NCBI GenBank assembly: GCA_035221665.1
Contig: CM069144.1
Location: 57,660,001-57,724,000, forward strand
Direction: 5' to 3'
Source of the DNA: Okamejei kenojei
Lineage: Eukaryota
Length of the DNA: 64,000 nt
Shown here: piece by piece, positions 24,490-37,707 of the stretch
Position numbering within the stretch: position 1 is the stretch's first letter
Layout of the letters: each line of letters opens with the position of its first letter
Notes under the pieces: generated by a model
Database searches by the model: none
The model's input: only the letters and a program-made list of their open reading frames with translations
What the model was told of the DNA's origin: nothing
Translations under genes and position numbers: made by a program

Positions 24490-25095
24490 TAGTTTTTTAA
24501 GTTTAGAGATACAGCGCGCAAACAGGCCCTTTGGCCCACCAAGTACGTGTGGACCAGGATCCTCGCACACTTGCGCTATCCTACACTCAAGGGACAATCT
24601 TATATTTATACCAAGCCAATTAACCCACAAACATAAATGTCTATGGAGTGTGGGAGGAAACCGGAGAAAACCCATGCAGGTCACGGGGAGAACGTACAAA
24701 CTCCGTATAGACAGCGCCCGTAGTCAGGATTGAACCCGGATCTCTGGTGCTGTAAGGAAGCAACTCTACCTCTGTGCCACCATGCCGTGCATTTATAGAG
24801 ATTCAGTGTGGAAACAGGCCCTTCGGCCCATTGAGTCGACGCCAACCATCGATCACCCACACACTAGTTAACCCACTTTCGTACCCTACACACAAGGGCT
24901 AATTTACAAAGTCAATTAATCTACAAACCTACACTGTCTTTGGAATGTGGGAGGAAACCATAGCACCTGGAGGAAATCTTTGTGGTCACAGGGAGAACGT
25001 AGAAACTCCACACAGACAGCACCTATAGTCAGGATCGAAGCTGGGTCCCTGGCATTGGGGGTTATCGGATCTACCACTGTGCTACTGTGCCACCT
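24490..25095 (-). mobile_element. Two tandem HE1-like SINEs (about 24490-24790 and 24795-25095)
   Basis: Each has tail, V-domain and tRNA head in reverse orientation. Confidence 0.85.
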
Positions 25096-25114
25096 TTGTG
25101 ATATTTATTGGATT

Positions 25115-25995
25115 ACTAGACCAAGTGGGACCCGTTGGGTTCTGTCCCCTCAACACAAGGTTGCGGGGGGGGGGCACAGCCTGTGACGTCACACACACAC
25201 TAACGGGCTAGAAAGGGAAAGAGGGGCAGAGAGAGGGAGGGCAGAGAGAGAGAGAGGGCAGAGAGAAAGAGGGGCAGAGAGAAAGAGGGGGCGGGCAGAG
25301 AGAGGGGGCAGAAAGAAAGAGAGAGAGTGGGGGGGCAGAGATGGGGGGCAGAGGGGGGGGGCAGAGGGGGGGGGCAGAGGGGGGGGGCAGAGGGGGGGGG
25401 GCAGAGGGGGGGGGGCAGAGAGGGGGGGTAGAGAGGGGGGGCAGAGAGGGTGGGGCAGAGAGGGTGGGGCAGAGAGGGTGGGGCAGAGGGGGGGGCAGAG
25501 GGGGGGCCTGACCCGAGGACCTGACCCGACCTGAGGACCCCACAGCCGGTGCCGTCCCCTCAAAGAGGGCAGAGGGGGGGGGGGAGGACTCTGCGCGCGG
25601 GACGACCGGGGCAGGCCCGACTTGCTCGTTCTTTCTACGTCTTTTGGAGCGGGGGGCGGGCAGAGTCTTGAATAACGGGGGGGGGGGGAGGAGGGAGAGG
25701 TCAGGGGGGTGACGTCACTCGCAGCTTGAGGAAGAAGGGCACGCAGACCAATTGTGACGTCATCAGCGAAAGACAGTTGTTTTTAGTTTTGTCAGATTTT
25801 TGAACATTTTCCGTAATAACTCGAGAAATAAAGTATGAAATTTTCAGATAAGGCGATTTCGGACTCCACGGGAAAAATCTCTACTGGAATATGTAAATGT
25901 TTTACCATTAGCGCGTCATTTTTTCGAGAAGATGTGATTATACACAAACACACAAATAAATACACATCCAAGATCAGACTTTTAAGTATATAGAT
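25115..25995 (+). mobile_element. Helentron/HINE-like element, copy 3 (both ends present)
   Basis: Starts ACTAGACCAAGTGGGACCCGTTGGG and ends CA-rich...AAGATCAGACTTTTAAGTATATAGAT; central G-rich array. Confidence 0.6.
25220..25510 (+). repeat. G-rich (G)nCAGA minisatellite, G-quadruplex-prone
   Basis: Many GGGG+ runs separated by CAGA or CAGAGA. Confidence 0.95.
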
Positions 25996-26833
25996 GAACC
26001 AGCATTATTGGCTATGTCATAAAACGCACCCCTCATATTCCAGTAAGTATCCTCTGGTTGCCTTAGCAATGGTTTCCCCAGAAGGAAGCATCATGTCTGT
26101 GCTGGGCCAAAATATTGATTTACTGCCATAGACCTGCTGAATATTGAAGGATTGCTATCCTTCCTGATTTCAGCAGAGAATATGGGGTAATACAGAGGCA
26201 GGCAGTAGCAATGTGGGATAAATTGCAACCTTAGCAAAGCCATCTACTCTCATTGTTTGCTAGGACTTGATAAAATAAAATTAGATGTAATTAGTTTTCT
26301 CCTTATATTGTGTTTCAGTGATATGATGTTAATAAATCTTGTTTCATCCCTAAAGGGGTTAGATACATAGAAGTTCATTGTCATGACAGCTTCTGGCAAT
26401 GCTGTCCTTGCCATGCTCTATAAGATTGCAGCAGTGACTTTAATTGATTTAATTGAGACAGTTCTTATTTAAGTGCCAATGTTTCTTGGTAGGTGAATGG
26501 CTGAAGTTCAAGCAAGGGAATTTTTTGGGCACATATGGCCTTCTGCAAAGAGCTCTTCCCTAATCCTCCTCTATTCCTATACTAGCAACATGTCCTACTC
26601 TCCATCCTCCAGTTGTACAATAACCTGAAGTAATCATCTACGGGTGTCAGGGGTTATGGGGAGAAGGCAGGAGAATGGGGTTAAGAGGGAAAGATAGATC
26701 AGCCATGATTGCAGATTAGACTTGATGGGCTGAATGGCCCAATTCTGCTCCTATCACTTATAAACATCTACCAAGCACCATGTCCGGAAGCAACTGGTCT
26801 TGGCATCTATCACTTGCCTTTGAAGACACCTAT

Positions 26834-27026
26834 GGGTGGCACAGTAGCACAGCTGGTAGAGCTGCTGCCTCACAGCACCACAGACACAGGTTTGATCCTA
26901 ACCTAGGGCGCTGTCTGTGTGGAGTTTGCACATTCTCACTGTGGGTTTCTTCCGGGTGCTCCCGTTTCTTCCCACATCCCAAAGATGTGGGGTTTGTATG
27001 TTAATTGCCCTCTGTAAATTGTCCGT

Positions 27027-27057
<31 letters not shown>

Positions 27058-27180
27058 TAAGCAACTATTGTGAGTGCCTAATTCACACTAACCCTAACCC
27101 TAATGGTTGCCATGGACTTAGTGGGCTAAAGGGCCTGTTTCCATGCTGTACCTTTAAACTAATCTAAACTTAAACTAAAT
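26834..27180 (+). mobile_element. HE1-like SINE containing a (TG)n microsatellite
   Basis: tRNA head GGCACAGTAGCACAGCTGGTAGAGC; (TG)n at 27027-27050; CTAAA tail. Confidence 0.88.
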
Positions 27181-27955
27181 ATCTGCAACTTGAATTTGCA
27201 ACTATGGACAACGCCAAACCTTTGCAGAACTCCAGCAATTGACAGAGGTCGACAACCAGAAACTAGCAGTCCAGTGGAGAATATTTTAAAATGTTACCTA
27301 GTGAGGTCCTTTCTGCTACTGAATGTGTGTTCAGTCTTAAGTAGCTAAGACTGATGGAGTCAGCTGGAACTTTTGAGCTAATGTCAAATCATCTTGGCAC
27401 AATGACTTCCTGCCAGAGGGTATTCAATGTGTACCTGTTACTGCCCTCACTAAACAAAGTGCTTGAAGGGATGTGTCCTTAAAACTGCTGCTGTGCAACA
27501 CCAAAAGTTATCCATTGACAATTCCAATTGCTCACTAGAATGGAGCCGAAATCTGCCCCAGAAGACAGTTAACAGAATTTATTTGGAATTGTTATTGTGT
27601 ATTGCACAATCCTTTGTCCTGTCATTGAAATATAACTGCATAGAGATCAACACCCAGTCTCCTGCTCGCTACAGTTGTAAAGCCCAAAACTGGATAACAA
27701 GAGATGGTGGTTCACTGGTACTTTATTACCATGAATACCCAAGTACAGTGACATTCTTTCTTTTAATACTGTTCAATGACAATCCTACTATACATTAGGC
27801 ACAATCATACCAAGTATAAGAGTGTTATAAGAGTATACCACTGCTGACTACAGCAGTAATTATATTGGTCCTTTTAATTAAAGTTTATGGAGAAATCTAG
27901 AAGAAAAAAAAACTAGAGCAATTAATTATTGTTAAAATTAGCTTGGATGTCTTAC

Positions 27956-28111
27956 CTTCTTTTGCTTTTTTCCAGTGCACTTTAACTTGCAGCTGGTTGC
28001 CATGGTAATATGGGTCTGCAGCCTCTAGACTTCCAATGTCAAACATTTGATGAATGTGTGGAAGTTCATTGGACACTTCTGCTGTAGTGATAGCTTCATT
28101 TGTTGGGATGT
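27956..28111 (-). CDS. ANOS1: Anosmin exon 9 equivalent, linker and start of FNIII-3
   Basis: TAG acceptor, GTAAG donor; 156 bp; DIPTNEAITTAEVSNELPHIHQMFDIGSLEAADPYYHGNQLQVKVHWKKAKE (human [21 protein letters not shown]). Confidence 0.9.
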
Positions 28112-28368
28112 CTAAATAAAGGAACTTAAGTCAGGAGCTTTTTTTTCTCGTGCCCAACACTTCCAAATTTTGATTTTCACAACAAAGAGAAATATTTGCA
28201 TAAACAGTAGCAGTAGATAGACTTAAGATAGAAAAAATAATTTAGTCTCACTCACACTATCAGGATTGCTTGTGGCATGAGAATATGTAAAGGCTTGTAC
28301 ACTTTTATGGAGGAATCTGCAAATTGTTGCGTTAATATGCAATTTTACTTGATTGCACTTGTATTGTA

Positions 28369-28546
28369 CCATAGAATCACAATTACTGGGAAAAAAGGGC
28401 ACCATTAATAAACATCCTGTTTCTTACTGAGTTGTATCGTTGTAAGCTAATTGTAGTTTTTTTAATTAGCTTGCAACGATACAACTCAGTAAGAAACAGG
28501 ATGTTAATTAATGGTGCCTTTTTTTCCAGTAATTGTGATTCTATGG
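28369..28546. mobile_element. Near-perfect palindromic MITE with TA flanks
   Basis: TA|CCATAGAATCAC...GTGATTCTATGG|TA; ~84-bp arms and an 11-nt spacer. Confidence 0.8.
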
Positions 28547-28785
28547 TACATTACATAGAAGTCTTATTGCACTGTTCGATTGAAAACCTTGGGCGTTTTG
28601 ATCAGCTAAGTTTCTGATCTCTCTGGGTATAACGGAGGGGAAGATCCAACAGGGATTACATTTTTCAAAAAGGCCTTGCTATCTAAAGGCCATCTTTAAC
28701 AAACATTCCAGCATTGTAAGCAGATTAGAGAAAAACACAAATGATTTCAGCACTCCAATGGCAAGAAGGGTTTCAGTACTCTTAC

Positions 28786-28921
28786 CTGTTGAAGGTGTAG
28801 TAAAGAAAAACAGGGCTTTACTGCTCTTTAATCGCTTTTGTCCCCAATTGGCCACTGATTGTACTTGGACCAGATATTGTGTGTTTGGCTGAAGGTCTTC
28901 AATTTCAACTTCATCTTTCAC
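28786..28921 (-). CDS. ANOS1: Anosmin exon 8 equivalent, FNIII-2 C-terminal part
   Basis: AAG acceptor, GTAAG donor; 136 bp; VKDEVEIEDLQPNTQYLVQVQSVANWGQKRLKSSKALFFFTTPST; phase matches neighbours. Confidence 0.9.
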
Positions 28922-29477
28922 CTTAAACAAGATGCATAATTTGAAAGGTTTTAAACTATTTGGAATTTTATCATTATTAACGTAAAGGGCGTTTCCTGAT
29001 AGATATTTCTGCTTTATCAGTGTTGGGACATATTTCTATTGAAACTCTTCTTCACAGTTACAAGAATGGGATAAGCTTGAAACATGAACTGTTTGTAGGT
29101 TACAAAGGCAATCCTCAAGAAGTCCGGAGGTTAATTCACAAGAGGCACCTGTCAGGTCAAACAAATAATAATAATTCCCTTTGCAACAAGTTTAATCTGC
29201 TCCTAAGTCAAGTTCCTTCCCTTATCCAGACATTTACAATTTTGGTGGCGGCATCAGTGGATCTTCCAGAATCTTTTCTGCTTTTAAACCTGGTTAGTGT
29301 TTTGCCAAAATATCTTTGACTGTACTTCTGAATCTTAATTCAACTTTCCACTTGAACCTGCTTTTTATAACTTTTATATAACTTCACAGAAAATATTCCA
29401 TGAAATGCCCAGATTAAAGCTCGTCACATAATCAAATTCAATACACAGTCTACGGAACAAGTGCACTGTAAGCACAA

Positions 29478-30152
29478 TTGACAATAGACAATAGAAAATA
29501 GGTGCAGGAATAGGCCATTCGGCCCTTCGAGCCAGCACCGCCATTCGATGTGATCATGGCTGATCATCCCTAATCAGTACCCCATTCCTGCCATATCCCT
29601 TTACTCCGCTATCTTTAAGAGCCCTATCTAGCTCTCTCTTGAAAGCATCCAGAGAACCTGCCTCCACCGCCCTTCTGAGGCAGAGAATTCCACAGACTCA
29701 CAACTCTCTGTGAGAAAAAGTGTTTACTCGTCTCCGTTCAAAATGGCTTACCCCTTAGTCTTAAACTGTGGCCCCTGGTTCTGGACTCTCCCAACATCGG
29801 GAACATGTTTCCTGCCTCTAGCGTCTCCAAACCCTTAACAATCTCATATGTTTCAATATCCCCTCCTATCCTTCTAAACTCCAGAGTGTACAAGCCCTGC
29901 CGCTCCATTCTCTCAGCATATGACAGTCCCACCAACCCGGGAATTAACCTTGTAAACCTACGCTGCACTCTCTGCAAGAATGTCCTTCCTCAAATTAGCG
30001 GACCAAAACTGCACACAATACTCCAGGTGTGGTCTCACTAGGGCTCTGTACAACTGCAGAAGGACCTCTTTGCTCCTATCCTCGACCCCTCTTGTTATAA
30101 AGGCCAACATGCCATTCGCTTTCTTCACAACCTGCTGTACCTGCATGCTTAA
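29478..30152 (-). mobile_element. CR1/HER1 LINE 3' fragment
   Basis: VRPHLEYCVQFWS, QRRFTRLIPG, SRTRGHSL; (CTATTGT)n tail. Confidence 0.92.
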
Positions 30153-30635
30153 TGTGGAATTCCAAGCTTGCTGAATTGATCCATCCCTGGAATATGCTGT
30201 TCCCACCCATCTTTCCACTGTGCCAAAGAGAGAGAATTTGGAATGATGATTGAAACTGGAATGGTGGTAACAGTTGAACAAAAGAAAGAATGAAATAGAA
30301 ACATCACAGCTGTTGAAAAAGCAGGTATGACAGAACTCAGAGAAGGGTAAGGAATTATTTATTTGCAATTTAACATTAAGAAGCTGCTCATAAATAAACA
30401 GATAGACAGACAAACAAACAAACAAATAAATAAATACATAAATATTATAAAATAGAAATAATTGAAATATATGAAATCCATTCAAAAATCTACAGTTTAT
30501 ATAAAAGATAAATTAATTAATATTCAAAATTGATAAATAAATAACTTCAGTGCATCAAATATATCTGTAAAGTAACCTGGCTGTGACTGCAGAATGTAGT
30601 CTTTTGTGATATTGATTTTAGTATATAACTATATA

Positions 30636-31445
30636 ACTAGACCAAGTGGGACCCGTTGGGTCCCTGTCACATGGGAGGGCTGGTCCCCAAATGGAATATT
30701 CCACCACTCACCCATAGCCCCCCAACTGCGCAGGCGTGGCTGACGGGTTCCCGTTGTGACGTCAGAGATCTCCATTGTGACGAGAGTCATGGCAACCCTC
30801 TCCAACTGCGTCTCGCCATCCCGCTTCCTACCCCTATCCTTCTCCATTCCCCCTTCATCCCCCAACACTCCCTCCCCCTCCTCCCTCTCTTCTCTCCCCT
30901 ATCCTCCTCCCCCACCTCTACCTCCCACTCCTTTCCCCTACGCCCAGTGACTCCCTCCCTCCATAACCCTTCTCCCCGCATATCCCCTTTCTCTCCCTCT
31001 ATCCCCTTGCTCCCCCACTCCTCACCTCTCCCCTATCTCACTCCCCCACTAAACACAATGTTTAAATAACATTTCTCCTCTCCTCTCCTCTCCTCTCCTC
31101 TCCTCTCCTCTCCCCACCCTCCGTCTCCTTACAACAATGTAACAAATTGTTCATTGCACTGGGTGGAACACTGTTGATGGGCTGTTTATGTAAATGAGAT
31201 CCCATTGTGATGTAATATGCTGCTAACTGCCAGTGGAACACTGGTGAGGGGCAGTTTATGTAAATGAGATCCCATTGTGACATCACAGCTGTTAACTGCC
31301 AGTGCAGATGAAAGCTTTTTATTCAAAGTGGAGTTCTGTAAAGTTAAAAATGTGAATAACTTGTAAAATATAACATAATTCTGAATGAAACACACCACAG
31401 GACAATGGTGAGTAAAGAGGTCCAAAAATTGTAGCGCTATTCGGT
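30636..31445 (+). mobile_element. Helentron/HINE-like element, copy 4
   Basis: ACTAGACCAAGTG followed by hairpin GGGACCC-GTT-GGGTCCC (30648-30664); pyrimidine-rich and (CCTCT)n arrays; 3' block homologous to the reverse complement of 2590-2700. Confidence 0.6.
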
Positions 31446-31960
31446 AAGTCCCGCGGCCATTTAGGCCGTGCTGGGCGATGTAAGGCCCCGTTCTGGGTCG
31501 ATTTAAACCCCTCGATTCGGGCGGGCAAAGTTGTCGTTGCGGGAGCTCCGAAAAGCGGTCTCCCACCAGGGACCCACGAGCTCCCGATGTTACCGTCCAC
31601 AGGGCCTGCAGCCGAAGCCTCCAAAGCTCCGTAGTCGGGTCGCAGCTGCACGCCACCACAACTCTCCGCGCTCCGAAGTCAGCCAACTCCGTGATGGTGA
31701 GTCTGCAGGTTCTGTGACTGGAGCCCCAGGTCGATTCCGGTTGGAGGCCGCTGGGTCCACAATGTTAGGCCACAACGACAACGGAGACTCGACAGGGAAA
31801 AGGTCGCGTCCCCATTCCGGGAAGAGATTAAAAAGTGTCCCCCCCCCCCCCAAATATACACAGCTAAAAATAAAGTAAAACTAAAACCAAAAACATACAC
31901 CTAACAGGATAAAAAGAAGGAAAAGACAGATGGATTGCAGTCGGCCGCTGCCACAAGGCG
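31446..31960 (-). mobile_element. Unclassified GC-rich repeat, same family as 3233-3920
   Basis: Shared GAGCTCCCGATGTT, ATGTTAGGCCAC and poly-C/AAAC blocks. Confidence 0.5.
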
Positions 31961-32984
31961 CTGCTGATGGACTCAGGATGTATAGATTAGTAATATGGAT
32001 TAGGATTATAGACTAGGATATATAGATATAACGTGGAAATGTTAATGGCAATAAGTGCTCTGACTCAAGATTTTACTGGAGTAGACAGACAAAGGGCGGG
32101 GAAGAATAATGTCGATAGCTTTGTTTCAGAACATTGTTACACCACATAGGGGTGCAGAGGTATTGATAGAAAATTGAAAGTTAAAAGGGTAGAGGAAGCT
32201 AATATGTGCAGATAATGCAAGGTTTGCAGGAGTTGATTTGGCTTACCAGGAAACACCAGCTAACTATAGATATAATGAAGTTGAATGGGTAGAAAGTTAA
32301 TGGAGCCCCATAGACAGGACAGGAAATCTATGGTGTAAGTAGGCTAGGGTTTGCAGAAAGGTAAGATTGTTCTGGGGAATTTAGTTATTCTCTGCATTTG
32401 AAATCAAGTGTCCAGAAGGGTATTTTGCTAAAGGATGCCTCGTTTAGGATAGAATGAGATGTGGTAAAACAGTAGAATTAATTGTTTTGATCCATGTCAG
32501 AACAAACAATGCAGGAAAGTCTGGAATGACCTGGTGTACATGGCAGCAGCACCCCTGCTCATTACCAATGAATACCATTTCCACAGAAGCTACCCTATCC
32601 ATCCATCTGTTATCTGACCTCACTGCATTGATCTCTAGTTTTGATTCTACTTATCTCCTGGGCAACTCTCTTCCAACCATCTTATCTCATCTCCAATCAA
32701 TTTCCTACTCCATTCTCCTTAAAGATCTCCCCACCACAGTCTGCCCCATGCTGTAATAGCCATATTGATTCTTTGCAGCTGATTACAACATCACCAACCC
32801 CCCCTCCCAAATCCACAAGGGCCTTCCATAAACCTACAAGTTTTGTTTTTTTCCCAATCTGATACTATTACCCCCACCCCTCATGGACCCGGAGTTAATT
32901 TACTTGATTTCCCTTCGGTGCCTGCAATAGTGAAACACAAAGGAAAGTCCTTTTATAGTAGACGAGCTTTTCAGTAGTACGTTT

Positions 32985-33280
32985 TTTACTTTACGTTTTA
33001 AAGATAGTGTGGCCCACCGAGTCCGCGCTGACCAGCGATCCCCGTACACAGGCACTATCCTACACACTAGGGACAATTTACAATCTTTACCAATGCCAAT
33101 TAACCTGCAAACATATATGTCTTTGGAGTGTGGGAGGAAACCGGAGCGCCCAGGGAAAACCCATGCAATCACGGGGAGAATGTACAAACTCAGTACTGAC
33201 AGCACCCGCAGTCAGGATCAATCCCAGATTTCTGGTACTGTTAGGCAGTAACTCCACCGCTGCACCACCATGTTGCCCGA
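32985..33280 (-). mobile_element. HE1-like SINE
   Basis: Consensus match in reverse orientation. Confidence 0.85.
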
Positions 33281-33783
33281 ATGGCTTCTTGGACTACAAG
33301 GGCCATTGAACCTTGGAACAGATGGTCCAGATTTGTTGGTTCAACATGTACCCTCCTGTTAACATGCTCAGATTTACAATATCTGCTGCTTTTTGTTTGT
33401 CAATTCAATTTCATTGTCTTGGTCTGGACTCAGTACAATGTTAAAATTTGTAGATGATACTAAATTGGACCACATGTGTCCAAACATATAAGAATGTATT
33501 AAAATACATGAAGATGCAAACCGGCAAGGTGAATGTGGATAAATGGCAAATAATATATCAACTGCCTTTTGATATAATTCTCAGCAAGTTAATTTAAAAA
33601 TAAAGTTAATATATTTTATGAAACAAGCTTCTGGAGGTAACAAGTTAATAGTCTGCAAATGATCTTTATTGAGATGAACAAAAAGCAAAGTGCTGGAGAA
33701 CTCAACAGGTTAGGCGACATCAGTGTTCCTCCAACAGTTTATATTTTGCTCAAGGTTGCTGCAAATCACAATTTCTGGTGTCT

Positions 33784-34662
33784 TAGAAACATAGAAACAT
33801 AGAAATTAGGTGCAGGAGCAGGCCATTCGGCCCTTCGAGCCTGCACCGCCATCCAATATGAACATGGCTGATCTACCAACTCAGTATCCTGTACCTGCCT
33901 TCTCTCCATACCCCTTGATCCCTTCAGCCACAAGGGCCACATCCAACTCCCTCTTAAATATGGCCAACGAACTGGCCTCAACTACCTTCTGTGGCAGAGA
34001 ATTCCACAGATTCACCACTCTCTGTGTGAAAAACGATTTTCTCATCTCGGTCCTAAAAGACTTCCCCCTTATCCTTAAACTGTGACCCCTTGTCCTGGAC
34101 TTCCCCAACATCGGGAACAATCTTCCTGCATCTAGCCTGTCCAACCCCTTAAGAATTTTGTAAGTCTCTATGAAATCACCCCTCAATCTTCTAAATTCCA
34201 GCGAGTACAAGCCGAGTCTATCCAGTCTTTCTTCATATGGAAGTCGTGCCATCCCAGGAATCAATCTGGTGAACCTTCTCTGTACTCCCTCTATGGCAAG
34301 AACGTCTTTCCTCAGATTAGGAGACCAAAACTGTACGCAATACTCCAGGTGTGGCCTCACCAAGACCCTGCACAACTGCAGTAGAACCTCCCTGCTCTTG
34401 TACTCAAATCCTTTTGCTATGAATGCCAACATACCATTCGCTTTCTTCACAGCCTGCTGCACCTGCATGCCTACTTTCAATGACTGGTGTACCATGACAC
34501 CCAGGTTTCGCTGCATCTCCCCTTTTCCTAATCGGTCACCATTCAAATAATAGTCTACCTTCCTGTTTTTGCCACCAAAGTGGATAACCTCACATTTATA
34601 GTGGATAACCTCACATTTATAGTGGATAACCTCACATTTATAGTGGATAACCTCACATTTAT
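33784..34662 (-). mobile_element. Young CR1/HER1 LINE 3' fragment with open RT C-terminus
   Basis: ORF 33881-34759: KCEVIHFG...VRPHLEYCVQFWSP...QRVVNLWNSLP; (TTTCTATG)n tail. Confidence 0.95.
34579..34662. repeat. 21-bp perfect tandem x4 at the CR1 5' truncation point
   Basis: AGTGGATAACCTCACATTTAT repeated four times. Confidence 0.95.
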
Positions 34663-36289
34663 TGAGGTCTTCATTGAGTTGTGTTTTGTTGAATTGCCAA
34701 CTTGCATGTTGAAGATCAAATTGTTTTAAATGCCTGGCAGTTACACCTATTATATTCACCGTTTAATTGGGTTTGGTCATGTTTAGCTTTGACTGTCATT
34801 TACAGACTATTACAAGGGATTTCCTCAAACTACCCAATGCATTACTGTTGAAAACAAATTCTGTCATCTTTATTGCACTTGAATCTGTAAAGCAGTTGGG
34901 TTTTGATATATTAAATAGCCAATAATCAGATAGAACATAATATATACAATGGCTATTGAATTTATAGGCTATGTCAATATGTGTTGCTCTAAATGCAAAA
35001 TTAAACATGAAATGTAAGATTAACTGCTTCATCCATAACCACCCGAGGCACCAGGAAAACAGAATCAAGTTGAAAACCATCCAAATAAAACAATGTATAA
35101 AAATAAATAGTTTTGTTTCATGCTAGTCAGTTAGTTAGTATTCAAGAATGGCCCTTTTGTTTTAAGAAACTAATGTTGAACATCTGGTAGAAAATCTGAA
35201 AACCAGAATAGTCAAAACAAAAGTGATTTGTGTCATGGCCAATATTGGAAATAGGAACTCATTCTTCCATAATTGGTCTTTCGTTATATCCTAGTCAAAA
35301 TATGAAAACAGCAACCCAACTCTTATGGACCATTTGGAGAAGCTACTTTATAATACATTGATTTGAAATAGTTTAGCAAAACCAGTGAATGAAAAGTTTA
35401 ATTATGGAATGCAATAATTTCAAATTGCAGTTTAGTGAATGTAACCTGCGGCAGTAATAATGGATTGAATACCAGAACCCAGGCCGTTCCTAATTTAGTT
35501 GGAAATCATCAGGGTTACATTCAAAAAGACTAATTTGCCTTCCGTTCCGTTGTTGAGGAAATAACTTAATAGTTTCTTTGACAATCACATGTCAACCTCA
35601 ACAAACCTTGAGCTACAACTCTCTCTCTGATTTAACTCTCTCCTGGAAACCTTAGCTGAGACTCTGGGTGTGAAATAGAAACAGTGTGGAGTCCTGTCAC
35701 CATGTTGTGATACAGTACCTTATTGCTGTACTCACATTATCTCCAAGTACATTGAATAGCTTATACTCAACAATTGTGCTTGGAATAATGAGACATTTGG
35801 TTGACACAGTTATATGGAACTACTTCTGATAATTTAACAAATCTGCTGTACCATATCAGACTAACCATACAAGAAACAGCTAAAATTTCTAACTGGTGGT
35901 ATGTACCTTCTACTATATTTGACCCATTTGTGCTGAATTGTTCGTGATGAATTTCTCATCGGTAAAACCATACTGATCAACTTTCACTTCTGGTCTCCCT
36001 CAGTCAACACAGGTCAAATAGCCATAAAACAGGCTAGAATGCAAGATTGTTGTCACAGATAGTTTTACGATCCTATGAATTATTCTCACGTCTATCTTTA
36101 AGCCAGATGTACAGATGAAAGATTTTTTGATAATGTTGTTCGTGCTCCAGAAATACATCTACAGCAAATGCCTGAAGGGACTTTGGGATGTCAAAATGCA
36201 TTTTTATCAGTTCCCATAGTGACATCTTGCAAATATACTTTCTATTGCTGTCTCCTTCATCACTTACAATGTCATACTTCACTACTAGA

Positions 36290-37060
36290 TTTAATCCTGA
36301 CAAGTGCCATGTGATGCATATTTGTAAGTCAATTAGGCTTAGACCATAAACAGTAAATAGTAGTCCTCTAAGGAACGAACAGACAGACCTTGGGGTTCAA
36401 GTTCATTGTTCCCTGAAAGTGACAAGACCAGTAGATAAAGTGACGAAGAAGGCATATAATGACCTTCCTAGGTCAGGCACAGAAGAAAAAAGTTTCGGGG
36501 GGATGTCATGTTGCCACACTGGTTGGACAAACCAGAAGTAAATTGCAGAATTCTGGACATCATACTATAAGGATGTGGTTGCACTGGGACAGTGCAGAAG
36601 AGATTCACTAGGACATTGCTGGATTGGAGGAGTTTACTTATGGGGTGAGATTGGAGAAGATGGGCATTTTTTTTCTGGAGCAAAGGAGTGGAGGGGCTGA
36701 CAAGATTGAGGTAAATAAGATTATAAGAGGCACACAAAGGGTGGATAGTCAGTTCCGCCCCCCCCCATTATAATGGTATCATAAATAAGCAGGCATAAGT
36801 TAAAGTTAAATGAAGTACATTTCAAAGAGCTCCTGCTTTCATTATTCATTATCAACCACTCTCCCCTCAAGCCTCATCACCATAGAAGGTGAAAATCAGA
36901 TACAATCACTATATTTAAGGAACATTTAGACAGACACTTGAATAGGAAAGGAATAGATGGATACAGACCTAATGCAGGCAACTAGGATTAGTGTGGATGA
37001 GCAAAAGGGTCATGTTAAATGTAGTAGGATGAATGGCTGTACTAGGATGTATAACTATGA
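36290..37060 (+). mobile_element. Old CR1 3' fragment
   Basis: Degenerate KC.VMH, DLGVQV and QKRFTR motifs. Confidence 0.65.
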
Positions 37061-37707
37061 TTCTAGTACAGCTATATTTGCAGTAGTTTAATTCATTTGA
37101 GATTAATGTGACATATGAACTCCTCAAGATTATCTCATCAAGGCAGGTTCAGCGATTGTAGTATGGAGAGTGATTTCTACAACTTGTGTCTGGTAATAAA
37201 CCAGTTTTCTTGATGCATTTCCTTAAGAAAGATAATTATTTCTCTCCAATTGGCTCGCACAGTGTTGGCTGACCAGAAGATTTATATATCCCTGCGATGG
37301 TCTGTGCTTCTGAAGAGCAGTAGGATTTTTTCTTTGGGCTTTCCATAATGAGGACTAACTGTCTGTAGCAGATGCCTTGGGGAAAAATCAAGAAGCCTTG
37401 CAAGATTCAATTCAATTCAATTCAATCTTTATTGTCATTGTGCAGTGTACAATACAGAGACAACAAAATGCAGTTGGTATCTCCGAAGGGCAAACTTACG
37501 AATAACAAGTAATACATATACATATGCAGTGGTGTCCGTGCAAGATGCACCTCAAGGGGCTTTATCCCCCTCCCCCAACAACCCTTCCTCCACCTGCTCC
37601 ACTCCAAATGTGAATACACAGCAGCATGGGGCACATCAGAGTAACTGGACATCTTTGCGCTCATCCGGATGGTGTCCTACCTCAGAATGGCTGTCCCAGT
37701 GCTACTG

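Noticed and set aside
25189-25563. Proline-rich ORFs (also 38058-38429 and 30656-31069)
   Set aside because: Translations of low-complexity G- or C-rich arrays
26834-26910. tRNA gene
   Set aside because: tRNA-derived SINE head continuing into the V-domain; the same applies to the other SINE copies
27088-27103. Interstitial telomeric repeat (CCCTAA)
   Set aside because: Fewer than three units, inside a SINE; not significant
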